Part shown: piece by piece, positions 54,627 to 64,000 of the stretch
How the letters are laid out: the number at the start of each line of letters is the position of its first letter
Position numbering within the stretch: position 1 is the stretch's first letter
Assembly (NCBI GenBank): GCA_020438905.1
Contig: JAGQTQ010000024.1
Span: 19,138 to 83,137, forward strand
Source of the DNA: Mycobacterium sp.
Lineage (GTDB): Bacteria; Actinomycetota; Actinomycetes; Mycobacteriales; Mycobacteriaceae
Direction: 5' to 3'
DNA length: 64,000 nucleotides
Made by a program: the position numbers and the translations under genes
Notes under the pieces: model-generated
Databases searched by the model: none
The model's input: only the letters and a program-made list of their open reading frames with translations
What the model was told of the DNA's origin: nothing

Positions 54627-54926
54627 CTACAGCGCCAGGGCCGCGTTGTTGACGGCATCGGTGACGGTGTAGGTCACCGCGGCGAGGTTCTGCGCGTCGG
54701 CGAACAGAGCGCGGTTCGCCAGATGCTCGCCCGCGGTTCCCACGTAGGCCGCCCCGGCCGAGTTCAGCGCGGCGGCGAAGGCCAGCGAATCCAGGTCCGC
54801 TCCCATCGGAAGGACACCGACCAGCGCCTCCGCGGCGGCTGCGGTTGCCGCCGCCAGCGCCGCGCCGATGCCCGTTTCCGTCGCAGCGGATGCGGCAACC
54901 GTTGCTGAGTTGACATTCAAGACCAT
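54627..54926 (-). CDS. PE-domain protein (PE36-like) lacking the literal PE dipeptide
   Basis: 99 aa, Ala-rich, PMGADLDS motif, C-terminal YxxxD (YTVTD); paired with the PPE. Confidence 0.85.
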   Translation of the reverse strand: MVLNVNSATVAASAATETGIGAALAAATAAAAEALVGVLPMGADLDSLAFAAALNSAGAAYVGTAGEHLANRALFADAQNLAAVTYTVTDAVNNAALAL

Positions 54927-55014
54927 GTTCGACCCCTGCTTCCCCCGCTCGCCAGGGCGGCGAGCCGGGGCCAGCCTAGAGTGTGCTGAAGCATGCTGTC
55001 GAGTCAGCTTGATC

Positions 55015-55028
55015 GTTTGCTAGCAAAC
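55015..55028. promoter_or_regulatory. Perfect 14-bp palindrome GTTTGCTAGCAAAC in the divergent ESX/sdh1 promoter region
   Basis: Read directly; candidate -10s are TAGGCT (minus, 54978-73) and TACCAT (plus, 55105-10). Confidence 0.5.
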
Positions 55029-55158
55029 TCCAGGTGAAGGCGCCGCCGGGAATCTTGCGACCCCGGAATTCCCGACCCCGCCGCCGGGTTTCGCGGGCAG
55101 CGCCTACCATCGGGGTCATAGTGTGATTCCCGACACTTTCGGCCCCGAGGAGGCCCCT

Positions 55159-55455
55159 ATGCCCAAAGCCGCTGAACTCGCCGAACTGCACCACCTGATC
55201 GGGAACATGCGCCGCTGCGTGACTGCACTGCAGGAGCGCTACGGCGATGCGCCGGCGATGCGCCGAGTGCTGATCGACACCGACCGCATCCTCGGTGACC
55301 TGGAGATTCTCGAGATGGACGCCGGCGAACTCGAGCACGCCGCGCACATGGTGGCGGCCACCGGGGAGAAGGTCCAGGTGCCCGACACGCCCTACGACAG
55401 GGAGTTCTGGCGGGGCATCGACGACGAGGGCGTGGGCGGGCGCAACCGCGACTGA
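55159..55455 (+). CDS. Small conserved protein of the sdh1 operon (Rv0250c-like)
   Basis: ELAELHHLIG..RYGDAPAMRR..PDTPYDREFW..DDEGVGG; GAGGAGG RBS. Confidence 0.8.
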   Translation: MPKAAELAELHHLIGNMRRCVTALQERYGDAPAMRRVLIDTDRILGDLEILEMDAGELEHAAHMVAATGEKVQVPDTPYDREFWRGIDDEGVGGRNRD

Positions 55456-55524
55456 CCCGACTTTAGAAACGGGTGCACGTCTGAGTAGTGTTCCGTGCAG
55501 TTGACTCGAAGGGGATCACTGCAG

Positions 55525-56352
55525 ATGAGCGCACCCGCAGCCAATCGTCCAGCCACCGGTGTCTTCTCACCCGGTCGGGCGCAGATTCCGCAGCGGACGC
55601 TGCGCACGGACAACTGGCTGAAGTCGCCCATTCTCGTCGACCTCGGTTTCGCCGCGTTCGTCATCTACGCGACGGTCCGGGCCTTCCAGCGTGACCACTT
55701 CTACGTCGAGAAGTACCACTACCTGACGCCGTTCTACTCGCCCTGCCTGTCCGTCAAGTGCGGCGAGGCCAGCGAGTTCTGGCCGCAGATCCTTCCCGGT
55801 TCCGGCCCACTGTCGCTGCTGCCCTACGCGCTGCTGTCGCTACCGTTCCTACTGTTGTTCCGGCTGACTTGCTACTACTACCGCGGCGCCTATTACCGGT
55901 CGGTCTGGCAGTCCCCGACAGCCTGCGCGGTGGCCGAACCCCACGCGACCTACACCGGCGAGACCCGCTTCCCCCTGATCCTGCAGAACCTGCACCGCTA
56001 CTTCTTCTACATCGCCGCGGTGATCTCGTTGATCAACACCTGGGACGCGATTCAGGCCATGCACTCGCCGTCCGGTTTCGGCTTCGGCCTGGGCAACGTC
56101 ATTTTGTGGACCAACGTCATCCTGCTGTGGACCTACACCGTCTCGTGCCACTCCTGCCGACACGTGATGGGCGGGCGGCTCAAGCACTTCTCCCAGCACC
56201 CCGTGCGCTACCGGCTGTGGACCGAGATCAGCAAGCTCAACGTCCACCACAAGAAGTTCGCGTGGATCACTCTGGGCACGCTGATGCTCACCGATTTCTA
56301 CATCATGCTGGTCGCCAGTGGCACCATCTCCGACCTGAGATTCATTGGCTGA
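55525..56352 (+). CDS. Sdh1 membrane anchor subunit (Rv0249c-like)
   Basis: YLTPFYSPC, FRLTCYYYR, SCHSCRH motifs, TM helices, upstream of sdhA. Confidence 0.88.
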   Translation: MSAPAANRPATGVFSPGRAQIPQRTLRTDNWLKSPILVDLGFAAFVIYATVRAFQRDHFYVEKYHYLTPFYSPCLSVKCGEASEFWPQILPGSGPLSLLPYALLSLPFLLLFRLTCYYYRGAYYRSVWQSPTACAVAEPHATYTGETRFPLILQNLHRYFFYIAAVISLINTWDAIQAMHSPSGFGFGLGNVILWTNVILLWTYTVSCHSCRHVMGGRLKHFSQHPVRYRLWTEISKLNVHHKKFAWITLGTLMLTDFYIMLVASGTISDLRFIG

Positions 56353-56391
56353 CCTGGGTTTTACCGATAGTTGCAGTGAGGACGAGAAGTT

Positions 56392-58308
56392 ATGGTTGAA
56401 GTCGAACGGCATTCGTACGACGTCGTCGTGATCGGTGCCGGGGGCTCGGGGCTGCGCGCGGTGATCGAGGCCCGTCAGCGCGGTCTGCGGGTCGCGGTGG
56501 TGAGCAAGTCTCTGTTCGGCAAGGCCCACACGGTGATGGCCGAGGGCGGTTGCGCCGCAGCGATGGGCAACGCCAACTCCAAGGACAGCTGGCAGGTGCA
56601 CTTCGCCGACACCATGCGCGGCGGGAAGTTCCTCAACAACTGGCGGATGGCCGAGCTGCACGCCCAGGAGGCACCCGAGCGGGTGTGGGAGCTGGAAACC
56701 TACGGCGCGCTGTTCGACCGGACCAAGGACGGCCGGATCAGCCAGCGCAACTTCGGCGGCCACACCTACCCGCGGCTGGCCCACGTCGGTGACCGCACCG
56801 GCCTGGAGATCATCCGCACCCTGCAGCAGAAGATCGTCTCGCTGCAGCAGGAGGACAAGGCCGAACTCGGCGACTACGAGGCCCGGATCAAGGTCTTCGC
56901 CGAATGCTCGATCACCGAGCTGATCACCGAGGGCGGCCGGATCGCCGGAGCGTTCGGCTACTGGCGCGAAACCGGCAAGTTCATCCTCTTCGAGGCGCCG
57001 GCGATCGTGCTGGCCACCGGCGGCATCGGCAAATCGTTCAAGGTGTCGTCGAACTCCTGGGAGTACACCGGCGACGGCCATGCGCTGGCGATGCGGGCCG
57101 GGTCCTCGCTGATCAACATGGAGTTCATCCAGTTCCATCCGACCGGCATGGTCTGGCCGCTGTCGGTGAAGGGCATCCTGGTCACCGAGGGCGTGCGCGG
57201 TGACGGCGGGGTCCTGAAGAACTCCGACGGCAAGCGGTTCATGTTCGACTACATCCCCTCGGTGTTCAAGGGCCAATACGCCGAAACCGAGGAGGAGGCC
57301 GACCAGTGGCTCAAGGACAACGACTCGGCTCGGCGCACCCCTGACCTGCTGCCCCGCGATGAGGTGGCCCGGGCCATCAACAGTGAGGTCAAGGCGGGCC
57401 GGGGCACCCCGCACGGCGGGGTGTACCTCGACATCGCCTCGCGGATGACCCCCGAGGAGATCAAGCGCCGGTTGCCGTCGATGTACCACCAGTTCCTCGA
57501 ACTGGCCGAGGTCGACATCACCAAGGACGAGATGGAGGTCGGGCCGACCTGCCACTACGTGATGGGCGGCATCGAGGTCGACCCCGACACCGGGGCCGCG
57601 GCCACCCCCGGCCTGTTCGCCGCCGGCGAGTGCGCCGGCGGCATGCACGGCTCCAACCGCCTGGGCGGAAACTCACTGTCGGACCTGCTGGTGTTCGGCC
57701 GGCGCGCCGGCCTCGGCGCCTCGGACTACGTTCGCGGACTGTCGAACCGGCCCACGGTGTCGGAGGCGGCCATCGAGGAGGCCGCCGGGATCGCGTTGGC
57801 TCCGTTCAAGGGACCCGAGGGCCGCGCGAAGCCGGAGAACCCATACACCCTGCACGCCGAGCTGCAGCAGACGATGAACGATCTGGTCGGCATCATCCGC
57901 ACCGGCGGGGAGATGCAGCAGGCGCTGGACCGGATCGAGGAGTTCAAGGTCCGCTTCCGCAACATCGAGTCCGACGGGCGCCGCGAATTCAACCCGGGCT
58001 GGCACCTGGCGATGGACATGCGCAACATGCTCCTGGTCAGCGAATGCGTGGCGCGCTCCGCGATGGCGCGCACCGAGAGCCGCGGCGGCCACACCCGCGA
58101 CGACTTCCCGCAGATGGACTCGCACTGGCGTCGCTCGCTGGTGGTGTGCCGCTCGGCCGGCGACGATCCGGTGATGCCGGAGGTTCGCGTCACCCCCGAG
58201 CAGCAGCCCGCGATGCGCGAGGATCTGCTCGAACTGTTCGACATCGAGGAACTCGGCAAGTACTTCACCGACGAGGAGCTTGCGCAACACCCGGGACGGA
58301 GGGGCTAG
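56392..58308 (+). CDS. sdhA: Succinate dehydrogenase/fumarate reductase flavoprotein (Sdh1, Rv0248c-like)
   Basis: IGAGGSG, AHTVMAEGG covalent FAD site, QFHPT, HYVMGG, HGSNRLGGNSL. Confidence 0.95.
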   Translation: MVEVERHSYDVVVIGAGGSGLRAVIEARQRGLRVAVVSKSLFGKAHTVMAEGGCAAAMGNANSKDSWQVHFADTMRGGKFLNNWRMAELHAQEAPERVWELETYGALFDRTKDGRISQRNFGGHTYPRLAHVGDRTGLEIIRTLQQKIVSLQQEDKAELGDYEARIKVFAECSITELITEGGRIAGAFGYWRETGKFILFEAPAIVLATGGIGKSFKVSSNSWEYTGDGHALAMRAGSSLINMEFIQFHPTGMVWPLSVKGILVTEGVRGDGGVLKNSDGKRFMFDYIPSVFKGQYAETEEEADQWLKDNDSARRTPDLLPRDEVARAINSEVKAGRGTPHGGVYLDIASRMTPEEIKRRLPSMYHQFLELAEVDITKDEMEVGPTCHYVMGGIEVDPDTGAAATPGLFAAGECAGGMHGSNRLGGNSLSDLLVFGRRAGLGASDYVRGLSNRPTVSEAAIEEAAGIALAPFKGPEGRAKPENPYTLHAELQQTMNDLVGIIRTGGEMQQALDRIEEFKVRFRNIESDGRREFNPGWHLAMDMRNMLLVSECVARSAMARTESRGGHTRDDFPQMDSHWRRSLVVCRSAGDDPVMPEVRVTPEQQPAMREDLLELFDIEELGKYFTDEELAQHPGRRG

Positions 58309-59058
58309 ATGAGCTACCAGGCAAACCTGCGGGTGTGGCGCGGCGACGACGAGGGCGGCGGGCTGCACGATTTCACCGTCGCGGTCAACGAGGGCGAGGT
58401 CGTCCTCGACATCATTCACCGGCTGCAGGCCGAGCAGGCCCCGGACCTCGCGGTGCGGTGGAATTGCAAGGCCGGCAAGTGCGGTTCCTGTTCGGCGGAG
58501 ATCAACGGCCGACCGCGGCTCATGTGTATGACCCGGATGTCGACCTTCGACCCCGCCGAGACCGTCACGATCACTCCTTTGCGCACCTTCCCGGTGATCC
58601 GCGATCTGGTCACCGATGTGTCCTTCAACTACGAGAAGGCCCGCGAGATCCCTTCGTTCGCACCGCCGAAGGATCTCCAGCCCGGCGAGTACCGGATGGC
58701 CCAGATCGACGTGGAACGCTCCCAAGAGTTCCGCAAGTGCATCGAATGCTTCCTCTGCCAGAACGTCTGCCACGTGGTGCGTGACCACGAGGAGAACAAG
58801 AAGGCCTTCGCCGGCCCGCGTTTCCTGATGCGCACCGCCGAGCTGGACATGCACCCGCTGGACACCCTGGACCGCAAGGACATGGCCCAGGAGGAATTCG
58901 GCCTCGGTTACTGCAACATCACCAAGTGCTGCACCGAGGTGTGCCCCGAGCACATCAAGATCACCGACAACGCCCTGATCCCGATGAAAGAACGGGTTGT
59001 CGACCGCAAGTACGACCCGGTGGTCTGGCTCGGCAACAAGCTGTTCAAGCGGAAGTAG
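58309..59058 (+). CDS. sdhB: Succinate dehydrogenase iron-sulfur subunit (Rv0247c-like)
   Basis: CKAGKCGSC, CIECFLCQNVC, CNITKCCTEVCP. Confidence 0.95.
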   Translation: MSYQANLRVWRGDDEGGGLHDFTVAVNEGEVVLDIIHRLQAEQAPDLAVRWNCKAGKCGSCSAEINGRPRLMCMTRMSTFDPAETVTITPLRTFPVIRDLVTDVSFNYEKAREIPSFAPPKDLQPGEYRMAQIDVERSQEFRKCIECFLCQNVCHVVRDHEENKKAFAGPRFLMRTAELDMHPLDTLDRKDMAQEEFGLGYCNITKCCTEVCPEHIKITDNALIPMKERVVDRKYDPVVWLGNKLFKRK

Positions 59059-59129
59059 ACCCGCCCGGCGCGCCCGCGGAGAAGCCACAACGGTTGGTCG
59101 GTTTGAGAGCGCGTGCTCCGCTGGGGAGA

Positions 59130-61395
<2,266 letters not shown>

Positions 61396-61406
61396 CTGAC
61401 CTGCTG

Positions 61407-62042
61407 ATGTGGATCACCCTGCTGGTGATGGCCGTCGCGGTGAGTCTGGAGCCGTTTCGGATCGGGATGTCGGTGGTGATGCTCAACCGTCCGCGCCCGC
61501 ACCTGCAACTGGCGGCATTTCTGTGTGGTGGTTTTCTGATGGGCTTGGCGGTCGGCACTGTGGTGTTGTTCGCCCTCGGGTCCAGACTGCCGGCATCCAC
61601 GCATTTCACCCTGCCCAAGGTGCAGATCGTCATCGGCGGGCTGGCCCTGCTGGCCGCTGCGGTTGTCGCCACCACCAACGCCGGCAACCACGCCCCACCG
61701 TCATGGCTGGCCCGACTGCTCGGCGGGCAGTCCTTGTGGGTCGCAGGTACCGCGGGCCTCGGCATCGCGCTGCCGTCGGTCGACTACCTGGCGGCGCTGG
61801 CGGTCATCGCCGCCGGCGCGACCACACCCGCGACCCGGATGTCGGCGCTACTGGTATTCAATGTTGTGGCCTTCGCCCCGGTGGAAGTCCCACTGCTGGC
61901 CTACCTGGTTGCCCCGGATCGGACGCTCGCAGCGATGACCAGGCTGCACCGCTGGATTCGCGCGCGCCAACGACACGAGGTCGCCGGGTTGCTGGCGGTG
62001 GTGGGCGGCGTATTGGTGACTGCCGGGGTGCTGGGGTCGTGA
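61407..62042 (+). CDS. Gap/Sap-family glycolipid-addressing membrane protein
   Basis: AVSLEPFRIG..LNRPRP, GIALPSVDYLAAL; about 6 TMs; follows the FAAL. Confidence 0.8.
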   Translation: MWITLLVMAVAVSLEPFRIGMSVVMLNRPRPHLQLAAFLCGGFLMGLAVGTVVLFALGSRLPASTHFTLPKVQIVIGGLALLAAAVVATTNAGNHAPPSWLARLLGGQSLWVAGTAGLGIALPSVDYLAALAVIAAGATTPATRMSALLVFNVVAFAPVEVPLLAYLVAPDRTLAAMTRLHRWIRARQRHEVAGLLAVVGGVLVTAGVLGS

Positions 62043-62083
62043 AGCCGCTCATTGCACTGAGCGATCCACCGTACCGAGCGTCG

Positions 62084-63295
62084 TCAGCCTGGGGCCTCGG
62101 CAGCCAAGGGTGGAGGAGGAGGAGCACCGGCGCTGTCGTCCGCCGAGCCGAAACTACCAAGAAGAGCCAGCATCTGCGAGAACGGGTCGTCACCGACCTG
62201 ATCTCCATAGGTCGCCTTCGATGCCGGCGCGGTCACCGCGGCCGGATCGTAGCCGTTGACCGGATCCACGGTGATCGGCGCGGTGGCGGGGTCGTCGTTG
62301 CGCGAGTAACCGGCGTCGACCATCGGCTGAAGGATGGCGTCGAGCCGGTTGAGGGTGTCTTCGTCCACCCCGAGGTATTTGAACGGCATCACCAGCGGAA
62401 GGTGCTGCTCGGGGATCATGAACGTCGTCGTCCTGCCGCCGCGGGAGTTGACCGTCGTCCGGATATTGCGCGCCGGAACATTCCTAGGATTGGTGAACGC
62501 CACGGCTGTGTGTCCCGTCGCCAGACCGGCGATCGAGTTGAGCAGCGACATCCAATTGTCGGTCCGATCCGGCCAGTCGGCGATGCTGTCATAGGCGGAG
62601 ACGAACGAGTAGGTGTCGTACTGGCTTTCCACCGGAGCGGGAATCCGGAAGTCCATCGACGGTACGACATCGCCCACCGCGAAATTCTGCCTCAGCCAAC
62701 CGTCACCGAAGGCGTGCTGCCCGATCGGGTCACCGTAGACCGCGAAGGACAGCTCGTCCGTGGGCGGAGCGTTGGGATCGGCGGCTAGCCGAGCCTGCAC
62801 GGCGTTGACCACCATCGCCCCCTCCGACAGGCCGAGCACCGTACCTGGACCGTCCCGATTCACCGTCTCGATGACGTTGCCGGCCCCCTGGTCCACCGAC
62901 TCCCCGATGCTCGGGCCGTTCAGTCCCAGCCCCGGAAGTGCCCGATCGATGCCGGGGAAGAGGCGCTCAAAGGTGTAGCCCTGGACCTGGCCGGCCCAGT
63001 AGTCCACCTTCTGGCGCTGCAGATCCGGAAACCATTGCGCACCCGTCATGCGGATGTACTCGTCATACGGAATCCCTGGAACATGGGCGCCGCCCAGCCC
63101 GTACCCCCGTGGGGGCGTGCCTTCCAGAGTGGTCGCGGTGCCTCCCGAAGAAAAATCGGGGAGCGAGAAGAAAGGAGCCGAGCCATCCGGCGACGGGGGG
63201 TTCGGCGAGTCGTCGGCGGCGGCGACGCCGCCGGACACCCCCAACAACGCTGCCATGCCGACCAGAGCGGCCACCGTCGCGCACAACTTCCTCAT
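62084..63295 (-). CDS. PE-PPE-domain alpha/beta-hydrolase acyltransferase (Chp/PE-like)
   Basis: Signal peptide MRKLCAT...AAA, GLSEG nucleophile, [12 protein letters not shown]; ATGA overlap with mmpL. Confidence 0.82.
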   Translation of the reverse strand: MRKLCATVAALVGMAALLGVSGGVAAADDSPNPPSPDGSAPFFSLPDFSSGGTATTLEGTPPRGYGLGGAHVPGIPYDEYIRMTGAQWFPDLQRQKVDYWAGQVQGYTFERLFPGIDRALPGLGLNGPSIGESVDQGAGNVIETVNRDGPGTVLGLSEGAMVVNAVQARLAADPNAPPTDELSFAVYGDPIGQHAFGDGWLRQNFAVGDVVPSMDFRIPAPVESQYDTYSFVSAYDSIADWPDRTDNWMSLLNSIAGLATGHTAVAFTNPRNVPARNIRTTVNSRGGRTTTFMIPEQHLPLVMPFKYLGVDEDTLNRLDAILQPMVDAGYSRNDDPATAPITVDPVNGYDPAAVTAPASKATYGDQVGDDPFSQMLALLGSFGSADDSAGAPPPPPLAAEAPG

Positions 63296-64000
63296 GCCTG
63301 CGCCCTCCCCCGGGTTGTCAGCCTCGACGGCCACCAATTGGTCCTGCCCATCAGGGTAGCGATCGCCGGCACCAAGACGGTCCGCACCAGGAACGTGTCC
63401 AGCAGGATCCCGGCGCCGATGACGAAGCCGCCTTGCACGACGGTGCCGATGCTGGAGAACAACAGGCCCCACATGGACGCGGCGAAAATCAACCCCGCGG
63501 CCGTGATGACCCCACCCGTAGAGGACAGCGTCCGGATGACACCGAAGCGAGTGCTGCGCGGAGACTCGTCACGCAACCGCGAAGCGAACAACAGGTTGTA
63601 ATCGGCCCCGACCGCGACCAGCACAACAAACGCCAGAGGCGGCACAGTCCAGTGCAGCGGCTGGTGCAGCCCGTACTGGAACGCCAGAACACCGATCCCG
63701 AGTGCACCAAAGAATGAAATCACCACGGAGCCAACCAGATAGAGCGGTGCGACGATGGCCCGCAGCAGGATCATCAGGGTGATCAGGACGACGACGACGG
63801 TCGCGGCGACGATGAATCGGATGTCCTCGCGGTAGTAGTCACGGGTATCACGCAGGGCGGCAGGATATCCGCCGATCGTGATCGTGGCGTCCTGCAGCGT
63901 TGTGTTGGGCTGGGCAGCCCGGGCGGTGTCCAGGATGTCATTGACCTGGTCCATCGCCGCGGGGCTGAAGGGATCGAGCCCGGTGAATACCAAATAGCGT
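63292..64000 (-). CDS. mmpL: MmpL (RND) lipid transporter, C-terminal part only
   Basis: [36 protein letters not shown]; runs off the window. Confidence 0.9.
   Translation of the reverse strand, partial: RYLVFTGLDPFSPAAMDQVNDILDTARAAQPNTTLQDATITIGGYPAALRDTRDYYREDIRFIVAATVVVVLITLMILLRAIVAPLYLVGSVVISFFGALGIGVLAFQYGLHQPLHWTVPPLAFVVLVAVGADYNLLFASRLRDESPRSTRFGVIRTLSSTGGVITAAGLIFAASMWGLLFSSIGTVVQGGFVIGAGILLDTFLVRTVLVPAIATLMGRTNWWPSRLTTRGRAQA

Noticed and set aside
44306-55158. ESX block as an integrated plasmid or ICE with att sites
   Set aside because: No integrase, relaxase, virB4/tcpC, tRNA or flanking direct repeats seen; a plasmid origin remains possible but is unsupported here

Overview
GC-rich mycobacterial chromosome, probably a rapid grower (inferred from gene content, not proven). 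1-44305 is the conserved cell-wall biosynthesis cluster (M. tuberculosis Rv3783-Rv3811 equivalent): wzm, GtrA, dprE1-dprE2-aftA-embCAB, accD4-pks13-fadD32, Rv3802c-like, fbpD, aftB, ubiA, PAP2, glfT2, glf, erp and an amidase. An accessory block (vapBC, PTS EIIBCA, Ser/Thr kinase, unknown protein) lies between embB and accD4, and fbpA is missing from its usual slot. 44339-54926 is an ESX-2-type type VII secretion locus in exact Rv3884c-Rv3893c order (eccA, eccE, mycP, eccD, MinD-like ATPase, espG, esxC, esxD, PPE, PE), but eccC and eccB are absent. It sits at a synteny break. 55159-59058 is the sdh1 operon, followed by a flavin reductase and the edge of an acyl-trehalose/polyphleate-like lipid cluster (FAAL, Gap, PE-PPE acyltransferase, MmpL). 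Several 15-18 bp tandem micro-duplications occur, three of them forming tiny ORFs at gene junctions. No rRNA, tRNA, CRISPR or transposase was recognised. All homology calls come from recalled sequences and motifs; no searches were run.
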